Source of the DNA: Patescibacteria group bacterium
GTDB taxonomy: Bacteria > Patescibacteriota > Patescibacteriia > JAXHNJ01
Reading direction: 5' to 3'
DNA: 64,000 nt
NCBI GenBank assembly: GCA_043812155.1
Contig: JBDRMK010000030.1
Span: forward strand, 8,407 to 72,406
Positions within the stretch are counted from its first letter, which is position 1; each line of letters begins with the position of its first letter. Below, in pieces: positions 20,393-30,603 of this stretch. The translations under genes were made by a program, and so were the position numbers. The notes under the pieces are model-generated. The model did not search any database, was not told the origin of the DNA, and saw nothing but the letters and a program-made list of their open reading frames with translations.

Positions 20393-21847
20393 ATGCCAAG
20401 AAAAAAAGAAAAATTTTACATCACTACACCGATCTATTATGTCAACGATAAGCCGCATTTAGGCCATGCTTACACCACTTTGGCCGCGGATATCCTGGCC
20501 CGGTATTACCGCGACAAGCTGGGAAAAGACAAAGTTTTTTTCCTGACGGGCACGGATGAGCACGGAACGAAAGTAGCCCAGGCGGCCGCTAAAGAAGGCA
20601 AAGAGCCCCAGGTTTTTTGCGACGAAGTGTCGGCGCTGTATAAAAAAGCCTGGGTGACTTTAGGCATTGAATATGATTATTTCGTCCGGACCACGGATAA
20701 ACGCCATCTGGAGTCTGTTAATAAATTTATGCAGAAACTGAAAGATAATAAGGCGGTTTACGAGGATAAATACGAGGGCTTGTATTGCGAAGGCTGCGAA
20801 AAGTTCATGACGGAAAAAGATCTGGTTGATGGGAAATGCCCTGACCATAAAACCGCGCCGATAAAATTATCGGAAAAAAATTATTTTTTCAAACTTAACA
20901 ATTACATTGATAAAGTTAAAGAACTGATTGAAAAAGATGAAATAAAAATACTTCCCGCGGAAAGAAAGAATGAAGTTTTGTCTTTAATAAATCAGGGTCT
21001 GGAAGATTTTTCCGTTTCCCGGGAAAAAGTGAAATGGGGCATCCCGCTGGTTTTTGAGAAAAAGCAGGTGGTTTACGTTTGGGTGGAAGCTTTGCAGAAT
21101 TATATTTCCGCCATCGGTTATGGCGATAATGAAAAAGAATTCAAAAAGTGGTGGCCGGCGGACCTGCATCTGATGGCTAAAGACATTCTGAAATTCCACG
21201 CTGTCTACTGGCCAGCCTTGCTTTTGGCTGTGGGCGAAGAGCCGCCAAAAGAGGAATTCATCCATGGTTTCTTCACTATAAATAACCAGAAAATGTCCAA
21301 GAGTTTGGGTAATGTATTGGATCCAAATTCATTGGTGGCTGAATACGGAATGGACGCGGCCCGCTATTTATTGATCTCTCAGTTTCCTTTCGGGGCGGAC
21401 GGGGATATCAATGAGGTCAGATTTAAGGAAAAATACAATGCGGACCTGGCCAATAATCTGGGCAATTTAACGGCCCGGGTCTTGAACATGATAGAAAAGT
21501 ATTGTGACGGAAAAATTCCTCAAAATTTAATGAACCCAAAAAGTTTCGAGAAAGTCAGCGCTTTAATTGAAAAATACAGCTTTGACCAGGCGTTGGCTGA
21601 GATATTAAACGTGGTCACCTGGGCCAACCAGACCATTGATAAAAATGAGCCTTGGAAACTGGCCAAGAGCCCGGAGAAAAAAGACAAGGAAAGACTTTTC
21701 ACGCTATTAAGCGAATTAGCCAGCCTTCTTTGCGAACTGGCAGGAGCGATTAAACCCTTTATGCCGGGAACAGCGGAAAAAATTACTAATTCCCTGGTTT
21801 GTGATAAAATAACCAAGGGGGAAGCCTTATTCCCGAGAATTAACTAA
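20393..21847 (+). CDS. metG: Methionyl-tRNA synthetase
   Basis: HLGH motif (PHLGHAYTTLAAD), Zn knuckle CEGCEKF..CPDH, KMSKSLGN. Confidence 0.9.
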   Translation: MPRKKEKFYITTPIYYVNDKPHLGHAYTTLAADILARYYRDKLGKDKVFFLTGTDEHGTKVAQAAAKEGKEPQVFCDEVSALYKKAWVTLGIEYDYFVRTTDKRHLESVNKFMQKLKDNKAVYEDKYEGLYCEGCEKFMTEKDLVDGKCPDHKTAPIKLSEKNYFFKLNNYIDKVKELIEKDEIKILPAERKNEVLSLINQGLEDFSVSREKVKWGIPLVFEKKQVVYVWVEALQNYISAIGYGDNEKEFKKWWPADLHLMAKDILKFHAVYWPALLLAVGEEPPKEEFIHGFFTINNQKMSKSLGNVLDPNSLVAEYGMDAARYLLISQFPFGADGDINEVRFKEKYNADLANNLGNLTARVLNMIEKYCDGKIPQNLMNPKSFEKVSALIEKYSFDQALAEILNVVTWANQTIDKNEPWKLAKSPEKKDKERLFTLLSELASLLCELAGAIKPFMPGTAEKITNSLVCDKITKGEALFPRIN

Positions 21848-21854
21848 AAAACAT

Positions 21855-22358
21855 ATGCAATTTTTTGACGGCGTTATTTTAGTGGCTTTCTTCGGTTTTT
21901 GCTGGTTTGGCTTTTGGCGGGGCTTGATTGAAACCGTCGGCTCGATCCTGGGGATTTTTTTGGGGGTTATTTTAGCCAGCCGCTGGTACGACGACTTGAT
22001 CGCTCTTTTCGGGTTTAGGGATAATACCGGGGTTAAGATCGCCGCTTTTATCATTCTTCTTATTTTGATTTCCAAGCTGGTGGGCGCCTTGGCCCGACTT
22101 ATCAGCAAGACTTTCGGAACGGTGGCTATCCTGCCTGGCTTGAGGTTATTGAACCGTTTAGGCGGCCTTATTTTAGGGGCGATAGAAGGCGCCTTGGTCT
22201 TGGGGATTATTTTGAATTTCATCAAGACGGTTTCCGAAGCCGCGGCTTTGTCCGGCTCTTTTGCCAATTCCGAACTGGTAAGCTTTTTTATAGTTTTTTC
22301 TTCTTGGCTGGTGCCTTTGTTTCCGGAGGCCGTGCGCCAGATAGATGAAGTGATTTAA
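21855..22358 (+). CDS. cvpA: CvpA-family membrane protein
   Basis: Four TM helices with CvpA-like N-terminus (DGVILVAFFGFCWFGFWRGLIETVGSILG). Confidence 0.65.
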   Translation: MQFFDGVILVAFFGFCWFGFWRGLIETVGSILGIFLGVILASRWYDDLIALFGFRDNTGVKIAAFIILLILISKLVGALARLISKTFGTVAILPGLRLLNRLGGLILGAIEGALVLGIILNFIKTVSEAAALSGSFANSELVSFFIVFSSWLVPLFPEAVRQIDEVI

Positions 22359-22359
22359 A

Positions 22360-22698
22360 ATGATTGATAATTATGAATTCGGCCGGATCTTAATTTGTGG
22401 CCGGGAATATCAAAAGGATGTCTGGGTGGGAATGAAGGGGGTTTCCGATTGGAAACGTTCCCAAGGTCACGCCGTCTATGTCGACGATGTGAAAGGGACA
22501 GTCAAAGAACAGCCTGAAATCGTGATCATCGGCAACGGCGCGGATTCCATTATGCAGGTTTCTCAGGAAGTCCATGAATTTTTCAAGGATAAAAAAATTT
22601 CCCTGCTCATAAAAGATTCGGCGGCGGCCTGCGAAGAATATAACCGACTTAAACAGCAGGGCAAGAGAGTAATTGCTTTAATCCATTTAACTTGTTAG
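22360..22698 (+). CDS. Mth938-like domain protein (DUF498)
   Basis: RILICGREYQKDVWVG...VIIGNGA pattern typical of Mth938/AAMDC fold. Confidence 0.45.
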   Translation: MIDNYEFGRILICGREYQKDVWVGMKGVSDWKRSQGHAVYVDDVKGTVKEQPEIVIIGNGADSIMQVSQEVHEFFKDKKISLLIKDSAAACEEYNRLKQQGKRVIALIHLTC

Positions 22699-22774
22699 CT
22701 TATTTAGTTGAAAATTCGAATATCTAAATCCTAAATCCTAAACAAATATCAATATTAAAATTACAAATCCGAAA

Positions 22775-22804
22775 CCCCGTTTAGAAATGCGATTTCTAAC
22801 GGGG
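22775..22804. promoter_or_regulatory. Palindromic operator-like element upstream of tatD, nested in larger AT-rich inverted repeat (22724-22868)
   Basis: CCCCGTTTAGAAAT-GCG-ATTTCTAACGGGG; same half-sites recur at 51826-51881. Confidence 0.45.
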
Positions 22805-22876
22805 AAACCGGTTTGAAAAATTGGTGCTTAGAATTTGTTTAGAATTTAGAAATTAGAATTTAGGATTTAAAGAAAT

Positions 22877-23659
22877 ATGCTAATAGACACTCACTGCCAT
22901 TTAAACTTTGAAGCTTTTGAAAAAGATTACCAGGCGGTGGCCAAGCGTTGTCAGGAAAAAGGCATGAAGATCGTGACCGTCGGCTCCCAAAAACAAACCA
23001 GCCAGCGGGCGGTTGATTTAGCCCATGAATTTGATTTTGTTTTCGCGGCCGTGGGCCTGCATCCCACTCATTTATCCGATGAAGAATTTTCCAGCGAAGA
23101 GTATTTAAAAATGGCCGAAGATCTCAAGGTGGTGGCCATTGGCGAAACCGGCCTGGATTATTACCAAATGTGGGCGGAAAACAAGCAGGAAGAGCAGGCC
23201 GCCAAAGACGGCCAGAAAGAGCTCTTAAAAAAACATTTGCTCTTGGCCAAAGAATCAAATTTGCCGGTAATCTTGCACTGTCGAGACGCCTATGAGGATC
23301 TGATCGGTTTTTTAAGAACGCAAGACAGGATTCCTGGCGTTGTCCATTGCTTTCTTTCTTCGCGAGCCATTGCCCGCCAATTCTTGGATTTAGGCTTGTA
23401 TTTGGGTTTTACCGGTATTATCACCTTTACCGATGACCAGGAGTTGTTCGAAGTAATTAAGGAAGTGCCTTTGGAGAAGATGTTTATTGAAACTGACTCT
23501 CCCTATTTAGCGCCCCAAGCCTTCAGAGGCAAACGCTGCGAGCCGATATACGTGGAAGAAGTAGCCAAGAAGATCGCCGAATTAAAGAATATTCCGGTGG
23601 AAAAGGTGATCGAACAGACCGGCCAGAATGCCATTGATTTTTTTAAGATACGAGTTTAG
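22877..23659 (+). CDS. tatD: TatD-family metal-dependent DNase/hydrolase
   Basis: MLIDTHCHLNF N-terminus, conserved His/Glu/Asp positions. Confidence 0.85.
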   Translation: MLIDTHCHLNFEAFEKDYQAVAKRCQEKGMKIVTVGSQKQTSQRAVDLAHEFDFVFAAVGLHPTHLSDEEFSSEEYLKMAEDLKVVAIGETGLDYYQMWAENKQEEQAAKDGQKELLKKHLLLAKESNLPVILHCRDAYEDLIGFLRTQDRIPGVVHCFLSSRAIARQFLDLGLYLGFTGIITFTDDQELFEVIKEVPLEKMFIETDSPYLAPQAFRGKRCEPIYVEEVAKKIAELKNIPVEKVIEQTGQNAIDFFKIRV

Positions 23660-23694
23660 ATATTTAGTAATTAAGATATTGAGATATTAAGATT

Positions 23695-24762
23695 ATGCAA
23701 ACGTGGTATATAATTATTGGTATAGTGATAGTGGGGATTTTCCTGGCGGTTTTTATTTACTTTATTTTATCCCGCAAATTAAAAAATTTGGGGGAAACAA
23801 AAAAAGACGACCAGTCTCTCTTAATGCTGCAAAATCAGATCAGTGAAATCAACCGGACATTGGATACTAAATTAGGCGAGTCAACCAAGATGTTCGCGAG
23901 CCAGAGAAGCGAAGACAATAAAATAATCAAAGACATAACAGAACGATTGACTAAGCTGGACGAAACCAATAAACAGGTATTAGAATTTTCTGATCAGCTG
24001 AATAAATTACAAGATACTTTAAGCAATCCAAAGCAAAGAGGGATATTCGGCGAATACCAACTGGAAATGCTTTTAAAGAATTCATTCCAGCCGAATCAGT
24101 ATAAAATGCAGTATCAGTTTAAAGACGGGGTGATTGTTGACGCCGTCTTGTTTCTGGGAGAAAAAATAATACCTATTGATTCAAAATTTTCTCTTGAAAA
24201 TTATAATAAAATTGTTGATGAGAACGACAGCACAATAAGAGGCCAGTTGGAAAAGACGTTTAAAAATGATTTAAAAAACAGAATTGACGAAACGGCAAAA
24301 TATATCAGACCGGAAGAGGGGACTATTGATTTTGCTTTTATGTTTATACCCGCGGAAGGAATATTTTACGATTTGTTGGTTAATAAAGTCGGCGCCATAA
24401 AAGTAAACACACGGGATTTGATAGATTACGCTATTAACGAGAAAAAAGTGCATATTGTTTCCCCGACTACTTTTTATGTAACCTTACAGTCGCTTTGGCA
24501 GGGTATGCGCGCTTATCAGGTTCAGGAGAAGACAAAAGATATTTTAAAAAGAGTCGGGATGCTCGATAAGCATATTAAATCTTATGATCATTATTTCAAG
24601 AAATTAGGCGGTCATTTGGCCACCACAATTAATACCTATAACTTCGCTTCTAAAGAGTATCAAAAAATAGATAAAGATGTCACGAAACTTATAGGCGGGG
24701 AGTCAACCATAGATCCACTTATTTTGGATAAACCTAAAGAAAATGAATTGGGAGAGGAATAA
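23695..24762 (+). CDS. rmuC: DNA recombination protein RmuC
   Basis: N-terminal TM, long coiled coil, RmuC nuclease-like C-terminal domain (FMFIPAEGIFYDLL). Confidence 0.75.
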   Translation: MQTWYIIIGIVIVGIFLAVFIYFILSRKLKNLGETKKDDQSLLMLQNQISEINRTLDTKLGESTKMFASQRSEDNKIIKDITERLTKLDETNKQVLEFSDQLNKLQDTLSNPKQRGIFGEYQLEMLLKNSFQPNQYKMQYQFKDGVIVDAVLFLGEKIIPIDSKFSLENYNKIVDENDSTIRGQLEKTFKNDLKNRIDETAKYIRPEEGTIDFAFMFIPAEGIFYDLLVNKVGAIKVNTRDLIDYAINEKKVHIVSPTTFYVTLQSLWQGMRAYQVQEKTKDILKRVGMLDKHIKSYDHYFKKLGGHLATTINTYNFASKEYQKIDKDVTKLIGGESTIDPLILDKPKENELGEE

Positions 24763-24947
24763 TGAAGCTCTCTGATTACCAGAAAGCCAGAGAAAAGATT
24801 TTGTATAAAGGCCCGGTTTATAATCCGATAAAAGAGGGCTTGAAGAAAGGCTTTAATTTTCTCAAGCTTTTCTGGGCGCTGATCGTCTTAGGAATAATTT
24901 TTTTGTTTTTGCGTTTTTACGGCGATAAATTAGGCATTAAGTTTTAA
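24762..24947 (+). CDS. Small hypothetical membrane protein
   Basis: Start overlaps rmuC stop; one TM helix. Confidence 0.3.
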   Translation: MKLSDYQKAREKILYKGPVYNPIKEGLKKGFNFLKLFWALIVLGIIFLFLRFYGDKLGIKF

Positions 24948-24986
24948 GATAAATCATTAAGTTCATTTCCAGGAGGGAGGCAGCTT

Positions 24987-25256
24987 ATGCGACTTGACAT
25001 TGTTGGCATTTCTTTGGGTTGCGCCCTGCTAATAAGTTTAGCGGCCAATTTTTTTCAGGCGAAAAGGAACCGCCTAGAGCGGAGAATCAGCCAGTCACTA
25101 AGGGAGGAAGTCATTGCTTTATCCCGTGAATTGAAAGAACGCGATCATTTCTGCTCACTTTGCCAAAATGCGATTGCCATTGAAGAAATATTATTTTCAA
25201 CCGAAGAAGAGGAGTGGACCGAGGAAATTGACGAAAAAAGAGCGATTGAGAATTAA
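24987..25256 (+). CDS. Hypothetical protein (89 aa) with N-terminal hydrophobic segment
   Basis: GGAGGGAGG RBS; signal/TM-like N-terminus; terminator hairpin 25265-25300. Confidence 0.4.
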   Translation: MRLDIVGISLGCALLISLAANFFQAKRNRLERRISQSLREEVIALSRELKERDHFCSLCQNAIAIEEILFSTEEEEWTEEIDEKRAIEN

Positions 25257-25473
25257 AAGGAAGCAAGCCCCTTTATCACGATAATTTAGGGGCTTTTTAT
25301 CATTGACAAATAAACGCATTTTTTGTAAGGTAAAAGACAATATTTAGGAGGAAATTGAACGTTGACAATCTAACTTTTTCCCAAAAATGGGTTTGAAAGG
25401 GGTGAACCAAAAAGCAAAAAAGCAACTAGTGGCGTTTTCAAGCGATTGTTTTTCAAGAAAGGAAGTGGAAGAA

Positions 25474-26943
25474 ATGCCTCGAATCAGTAAAATAATAGGG
25501 GAGGGCTTAACGTTTGATGACGTTTTGCTCGTTCCGGGATATTCTAAGATCCATCCCAGAAAGGTTCAGGTCGGCACCCGGCTGACGCGAAAGATCAGGC
25601 TTAATATTCCGATCGTTTCGGCGGCTATGGACACGGTGACCGAAGCTGAATTGGCCATTGCTTTGGCCAGAGAAGGCGGCCTCGGCATCATCCATAAGAA
25701 CATGAGCATTGCCGAACAGGCCCGCCACGTGGACAGAGTCAAGCGATCGCAAAGCGGTCTGATTCCTGACCCGATTACCTTGCGGCCGGATCAAACCGTG
25801 GGTGAGGCGAGAAGGCTCATGAAGAAGTACCGTTTCTCCGGCTTTCCGGTCGTCGACGGGAAAAAACTCGTCGGCATCCTTACCAGCCGCGATCTGCGTT
25901 TCGTGAAAAGGGACGATCGTCCGGTAAAGGAGGTCATGACGGCGAAAAATCTGGTTACGGCTCACGTCGGTATTTCCCTGGCCAGAGCCGAGGAGATACT
26001 GCACGAGAACCGGATTGAGAAACTGCCTATCGTCGACCGGCGCGGCCATCTGAAAGGTCTGATCACTTTCCGGGACATCCAGAAGCGTAATGACTTCCCG
26101 AATGCCTGTAAAGACGAGCAGGGTCGCTTGCGTGTCGGGGCGGCGGTCGGCGTTTCGGCGGACACCATGGAAAGAGTGGCCGCTTTGGTTGGAAAGCATG
26201 TTGACGTTATCGTGGTGGATACCGCCCATGCGCATTCAAAGGGGGCGCTTGAGACGATCAAGAAGATTCGGAAAGTCTATCCTGGCTTGCAGCTTATCGG
26301 CGGCAATATCGCCACCGCAGCCGCGGCCAGAAGTCTTATCCGTCTGGGTGTTGACGCCATCAAGATAGGCATGGGTCCGAGCGCTATCTGCACCACGCGC
26401 ATCATCGCCGGCGTAGGCGTGCCCCAGCTGACGGCCATCATGGATTGTGCCAAGGTTGCGGCCGAGGCGGGAATTCCTCTGATTGCCGACGGCGGCATCA
26501 AATTCTCCGGCGACATTGCGAAAGCCATCGCGGCCGGTGCGGATTCCGTGATGATAGGCAGTCTCTTTGCCGGCACAGACGAAAGCCCGGGCGAAATCGT
26601 CTACTTCGAAGGCAAGAACTATAAGACTTACCGCGGCATGGGGTCGCTGGAGGCGATGAAGAAAGGCAGCGCTGATCGCTACGGCCAGGATGCCAGTACG
26701 GATGAATCAAAGCTCGTGCCAGAAGGAATTGAAGGCCGTGTTTCGCACATAGGCAGTCTGGCCAGCAACATTTACCAGCTTATGGGAGGATTGCGAGCCG
26801 GCATGGGTTACTGCGGCGCGGCCACGATTGAAGAACTGAAGGCTAAAGGCCGTTTCATCCGCATTACCAACGCGGGCTTACGCGAGAGTCATCCGCACGA
26901 CATAAACATTACCAAAGAAGCGCCGAACTACCGGACGAGCTAA
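25474..26943 (+). CDS. guaB: IMP dehydrogenase
   Basis: TIM barrel with tandem CBS insert; catalytic loop [47 protein letters not shown]; start set at [11 protein letters not shown] (the ORF track's longer upstream start at 25387 not used). Confidence 0.9.
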   Translation: MPRISKIIGEGLTFDDVLLVPGYSKIHPRKVQVGTRLTRKIRLNIPIVSAAMDTVTEAELAIALAREGGLGIIHKNMSIAEQARHVDRVKRSQSGLIPDPITLRPDQTVGEARRLMKKYRFSGFPVVDGKKLVGILTSRDLRFVKRDDRPVKEVMTAKNLVTAHVGISLARAEEILHENRIEKLPIVDRRGHLKGLITFRDIQKRNDFPNACKDEQGRLRVGAAVGVSADTMERVAALVGKHVDVIVVDTAHAHSKGALETIKKIRKVYPGLQLIGGNIATAAAARSLIRLGVDAIKIGMGPSAICTTRIIAGVGVPQLTAIMDCAKVAAEAGIPLIADGGIKFSGDIAKAIAAGADSVMIGSLFAGTDESPGEIVYFEGKNYKTYRGMGSLEAMKKGSADRYGQDASTDESKLVPEGIEGRVSHIGSLASNIYQLMGGLRAGMGYCGAATIEELKAKGRFIRITNAGLRESHPHDINITKEAPNYRTS

Positions 26944-26956
26944 GGAGGTGGACACC

Positions 26957-28468
26957 ATGCAGTACAAACAGTTAGAAGTAGAGGAGTATTTGAGGAGACT
27001 TTGGGACAAGTATAATGGCCGTGCGTTCACCATACTTTGCGGCGACCAGTGGGGAGACGGCGGAAAACGAGCGGTGGAGTCGGCGATTATTGAATACCAT
27101 GACGTTTGTGTGCGGCTGCAAGGCGGAGCGAATACCGGCGGAACGGCATATGTCATCGGGTCAGATGGCCTGCTTCACAAGTTTGTCTTCCATCTTATTC
27201 CGATCGGCTGGGTATTCGGCAAGCCGGCCATCATCGGTGACCGGGTGCTCATTGATCTCACTCGTCTCATTACGGAGACCCGGGATTTATTTGCCGTCTG
27301 CGGGAAACCATCCGCTCCTCTCTACATCAGCAAGAAAGCGCCGGTGTACTTGAGGATTCACAGCCTGTGTGAGCAGTGGGTGGAGTATATCAAAGGAGGT
27401 CACAGGATCGGGACTACCGGTCGCGGTATCGGTCCGATGATGGCCTTCACCGATCTTAGGCTTAATCTTCTGGTCGGGCACCTTTATTACCCGGATTTGG
27501 TCAGACGGTATGTCAGAGAAGCCTATCAGTTCTTAGCTCCGATCATAAAAGAGATGGATCAGCTCGGTCTGATCAGAAGTAATGATTACGATCCGGAGGA
27601 AGAAATCGCCGAGCTTCTCGCGCAAGCCGAGCCGATCCGGGAGTATGTTACGGATACAGGACCGATTCTTCACGACCTGGCCGCCAGGAACGTGCCCACG
27701 CTTTTCGGCCTGACTCAAGGCTTTGGTTTGCACTTCAGCGGAACTTATCCCTGGAATTCGGCTACGGAGTCGATTGCGTCAGGTGCCGCTTACTGCTGCG
27801 GTCTGCCTGGCAAGTATTTCGGGCCGGTGATCATGGTCTCCAAACTGCTTCCGACCCGGGTAGGAGCCGGGCCGTTTCCCACTGGCTGGTGGAAACGTCA
27901 GGAAGCCGAACAGTTTCCCAAAGATCATCCGGAACTGTTTTCCGATCTGCCGGAGTATGATCCGGAAGAGCGAGAGCAGTTCCTAGCGGAGAACCGGGAG
28001 AAAATCAACCGGGGAACAGCGAACGATATCGAGAAGGCCCAGTATTTCATGGTTTTGGGTGTTGAAAAGGGCGCTTCAACTGGGCGCGGAAGGGAAGTCG
28101 GTTTTCCCGATCTTCACGTAACTGACTGCGCCTGCGCTGTTAATGGCGTGGACAGTCTCGTTCTGACCCGCGTTGACATGCTTTCCGGTTTGGAGTTTCA
28201 ATTGCCGGTCTGCGTCGGTTACCACCTTGATGGTCAGCCGGTACCTCGATTTGTTCTTCCCACGCCGGCTGAGTCTCTGGAAAGAGTGGAACTTGATTGC
28301 GAGCCGCTTGACATCCATCTCTGTGGCGTGAATCTCACCAACTGCAGCCGCGAAGAAGCCCTGCCGCCGGATATCACCAGGCTGGTTGAATTTTATGAGC
28401 AACGGCTTGGCGTTCCGGTCAGCCTTTCAACTTCGCCTGAAAAAGGAGGGAAGATTTTCAGGCTTTAG
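26957..28468 (+). CDS. Adenylosuccinate synthetase-family protein (divergent, ~503 aa)
   Basis: P-loop GDQWGDGGK and RLQGGANTGGTAYV resemble PurA GDEGKGK / QGGHNAGH; AGGAGG RBS before ATG 26957. Confidence 0.65.
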   Translation: MQYKQLEVEEYLRRLWDKYNGRAFTILCGDQWGDGGKRAVESAIIEYHDVCVRLQGGANTGGTAYVIGSDGLLHKFVFHLIPIGWVFGKPAIIGDRVLIDLTRLITETRDLFAVCGKPSAPLYISKKAPVYLRIHSLCEQWVEYIKGGHRIGTTGRGIGPMMAFTDLRLNLLVGHLYYPDLVRRYVREAYQFLAPIIKEMDQLGLIRSNDYDPEEEIAELLAQAEPIREYVTDTGPILHDLAARNVPTLFGLTQGFGLHFSGTYPWNSATESIASGAAYCCGLPGKYFGPVIMVSKLLPTRVGAGPFPTGWWKRQEAEQFPKDHPELFSDLPEYDPEEREQFLAENREKINRGTANDIEKAQYFMVLGVEKGASTGRGREVGFPDLHVTDCACAVNGVDSLVLTRVDMLSGLEFQLPVCVGYHLDGQPVPRFVLPTPAESLERVELDCEPLDIHLCGVNLTNCSREEALPPDITRLVEFYEQRLGVPVSLSTSPEKGGKIFRL

Positions 28469-28491
28469 GCACTTTTTCGATGTTTGAATAA

Positions 28492-28529
28492 GGGGTTTCG
28501 TCTCTCGCAGACGGGACCCCATTTTTTTA
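28492..28529 (+). terminator. Rho-independent terminator after purA-like gene
   Basis: GGGGTTTCGTC-TCTCGCA-GACGGGACCCC + TTTTTTT. Confidence 0.8.
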
Positions 28530-28556
28530 TTATAAGATAATAAAAAAGCTTTAGTC

Positions 28557-28585
28557 TTGACAGCGGGGAAATATTATGCTATCAT
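28557..28585 (+). promoter_or_regulatory. Putative sigma70 promoter
   Basis: TTGACA, 17-nt spacer, TATCAT. Confidence 0.45.
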
Positions 28586-28633
28586 AGTTTTAATTATTTT
28601 ATTTGATCTTTCATTTAGCACGGAGGTATCTTC

Positions 28634-28900
28634 ATGATTACCGGCAGGAAAAGACTGATGGTGAGAATACTCTATACCATCATCATGTTCGCGATCCTCT
28701 TCGGCCCTCTGTATCTTTACGGCCGCAGAAATGTGGAAGCCCTGGATAAGATGATTCAGTCAAGAATCTATGATCAGGATTTTTTCTGGGGCGTCGTAAC
28801 CATTATGTTTATACTTCTCGGCTTCTTCGGTCTTGGTATGTATCTGGTTTGGTTCCGCTTCTGGGAATACCCGGTCTACGCGGTGAGAAAGAAGGGTTAA
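28634..28900 (+). CDS. Small hypothetical membrane protein (88 aa)
   Basis: GGAGG RBS; two TM helices. Confidence 0.4.
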   Translation: MITGRKRLMVRILYTIIMFAILFGPLYLYGRRNVEALDKMIQSRIYDQDFFWGVVTIMFILLGFFGLGMYLVWFRFWEYPVYAVRKKG

Positions 28901-28929
28901 GCCTTTCTGCTCTCACGAATGACAATAAG

Positions 28930-29014
28930 CCCGCGGCCGCCTTTGGTTCGCGGGTTTTTCTTTGACAAAAAACTTTTTTTAAAAATAAAAAAGGGCGGCT
29001 CCGAGGAGTCGCCC
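28930..29014. terminator. Convergent terminator pair (plus-strand CCCGCG..CGCGGG+T5; minus-strand GGGCGACTCCTCGGAGCCGCCC+T-run)
   Basis: Two GC hairpins each followed by T-run on its own strand, between convergent genes. Confidence 0.55.
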
Positions 29015-29037
29015 ATGTGCGAACATGCGAGATGTGC

Positions 29038-29721
29038 TTAGCTTGCCAAGCGAGCCTTGGCTTTCTCGACGATTTTCTGATAGAACGATTCTTCGGAAAG
29101 ACGCGCAACCTGGGCAAAGTAGCCGAGTAATTCTCGAGCTATCTGCTCTTGAACGTCGAAGGTATTCCCCTTCAACTGATACCGACTCTTGCCTTGCTGG
29201 TCAATCTCCGGATATCGTTTCCGGTTGTTTGCCATCCTTTCGGCCAGGTCGGGAAAATCACTGCCTGCGGTCAAGTCATCCGCCAGGTGGATAATCTGAC
29301 ACAGATCGGAAAGGTGTTCCCATTCCAGGAATGCCTGGAGGCTGGTGTGACCGACAGACTGGCTGGCGGCAATAAAATCATTGGGCCAGCCCATATTATG
29401 CAAGAAATCCTCCTGCGCTTTAGCCTGCCGATCGTACTCAGCGGCGACGTCACCGTTTTGAACCTTGACCGCTTTGACCGCTTCTATCTCGCGGCGCTTC
29501 CCTGCGTCATGGATGAGGGCGGCACAGACTACTCTGTAGGGCTTTTCGAGTCCAGTAAGATTGGCGATGGCCATTCCGATGGCGGCCACGGCGCTCATGT
29601 GAGCGCAGACGTTTTCCCAAGCCGGGTCAAGCAGGCCGCCTTCTTCCCAGGTGGCTTGGATACGTTCGAGCGCTCCTGTATTCAGCAGATCGTCAAAAAT
29701 AGACAGGTACTTCGATAACAT
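29038..29721 (-). CDS. HD-domain metal-dependent phosphohydrolase
   Basis: H..HDAGK motif, additional His/Asp ligands; GC-rich. Confidence 0.65.
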   Translation of the reverse strand: MLSKYLSIFDDLLNTGALERIQATWEEGGLLDPAWENVCAHMSAVAAIGMAIANLTGLEKPYRVVCAALIHDAGKRREIEAVKAVKVQNGDVAAEYDRQAKAQEDFLHNMGWPNDFIAASQSVGHTSLQAFLEWEHLSDLCQIIHLADDLTAGSDFPDLAERMANNRKRYPEIDQQGKSRYQLKGNTFDVQEQIARELLGYFAQVARLSEESFYQKIVEKAKARLAS

Positions 29722-29878
29722 CAATACTCTCCCTTCTGTTTCGGTTCCCTTTTCAAGACCACGATTAAATGAGCGGAAAACTAGCGATAAATCTTAGCAC
29801 TTTGGATGTTATTTGTCAAGGGTTTATTTTACCAAAAAACAGCCCCAATCGACTTAAGGCTGTTTGTTTAGTATTTTT

Positions 29879-30502
29879 TTAAGCTTCCTGCGTGATGATG
29901 TCTTTTACTTTCATCAAAGCGGTGATCGTGCTTCTCTCCTGTTCGTTGAGTTTGGCGGTGATATATTTGATTGTTTCATCCATGTTGGGAATAAAAACAT
30001 ATTCCAGGGCGTTGACTCTTCGCCGGGTCTTTTCAATCTCTGAGGCCATCAGTTTGGCCGAGTGCTCGATCTGGGCGAGCCTAACCATATCTTCCAGAAC
30101 TTCAGAAAAAGTCTCTAAAGAAGTATCCAGCTCCGCCGAAGTGGAAGCGAGCGAATAACTGACAAAATCACCTTCGCTTTTGTAATCAAAAAGCGGCGTA
30201 TAGACGCTCATCACGTTTTTAGTAGAGACGGAAAGGGAGGTTTTTTTGGAAGGATAAGCCAGGGCCTCGGCCATCACTTCCGGCCGCATGTCCGCCGAAG
30301 CGAAAATAAAGGATTTAAAAGCCAGGCTCAGCTTTTTTTCCGTTTTTTCCCGGAGTTCCCGGGCCTGCTTGATCACGCCTAAGAATTCCTTCATCAGGCC
30401 GTCGCGCTTTTCTTTCAGCAGTTTGTGGCCGCGGCGGGCGGTGATGACTTTTTTCTTGAGCTTGATAAGCTCCATTCGGGTCGGATTGATAGTGAGGCGC
30501 AC
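29879..30502 (-). CDS. ntpD: V-type ATP synthase subunit D
   Basis: MRLxxNPTRMELxKLKKKxxxAxRGHKLLKEKRD signature. Confidence 0.85.
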   Translation of the reverse strand: MRLTINPTRMELIKLKKKVITARRGHKLLKEKRDGLMKEFLGVIKQARELREKTEKKLSLAFKSFIFASADMRPEVMAEALAYPSKKTSLSVSTKNVMSVYTPLFDYKSEGDFVSYSLASTSAELDTSLETFSEVLEDMVRLAQIEHSAKLMASEIEKTRRRVNALEYVFIPNMDETIKYITAKLNEQERSTITALMKVKDIITQEA

Positions 30503-30509
30503 GTTGGTT

Positions 30510-30603
30510 GATTGGTTAGTTAGTTTGTATTAGACAGTAGACAATAGACATTTGACACGAAACTTTAAGAATTGTCTTATTGTCGATTGTCTTCATGTCT
30601 TAA
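30510..30603. repeat. AGACAAT-type palindromic repeat element (intergenic ntpD/ntpB)
   Basis: TAGACAGTAGACAATAGACATTTGACAC ... inverted GAATTGTCTTATTGTCGATTGTCTTCATGTCT; related copies at 33784-33862 and in-frame in pheS at 55033-55061. Confidence 0.5.

Noticed and set aside
25507-26576. Minus-strand ORFs of 242, 99 and 99 aa inside guaB
   Set aside because: They are antisense to a strongly conserved IMPDH gene and are GC-driven spurious ORFs.
29149-29718. 189-aa plus-strand ORF
   Set aside because: It is antisense to the HD-domain gene, which has clear motifs and an RBS.
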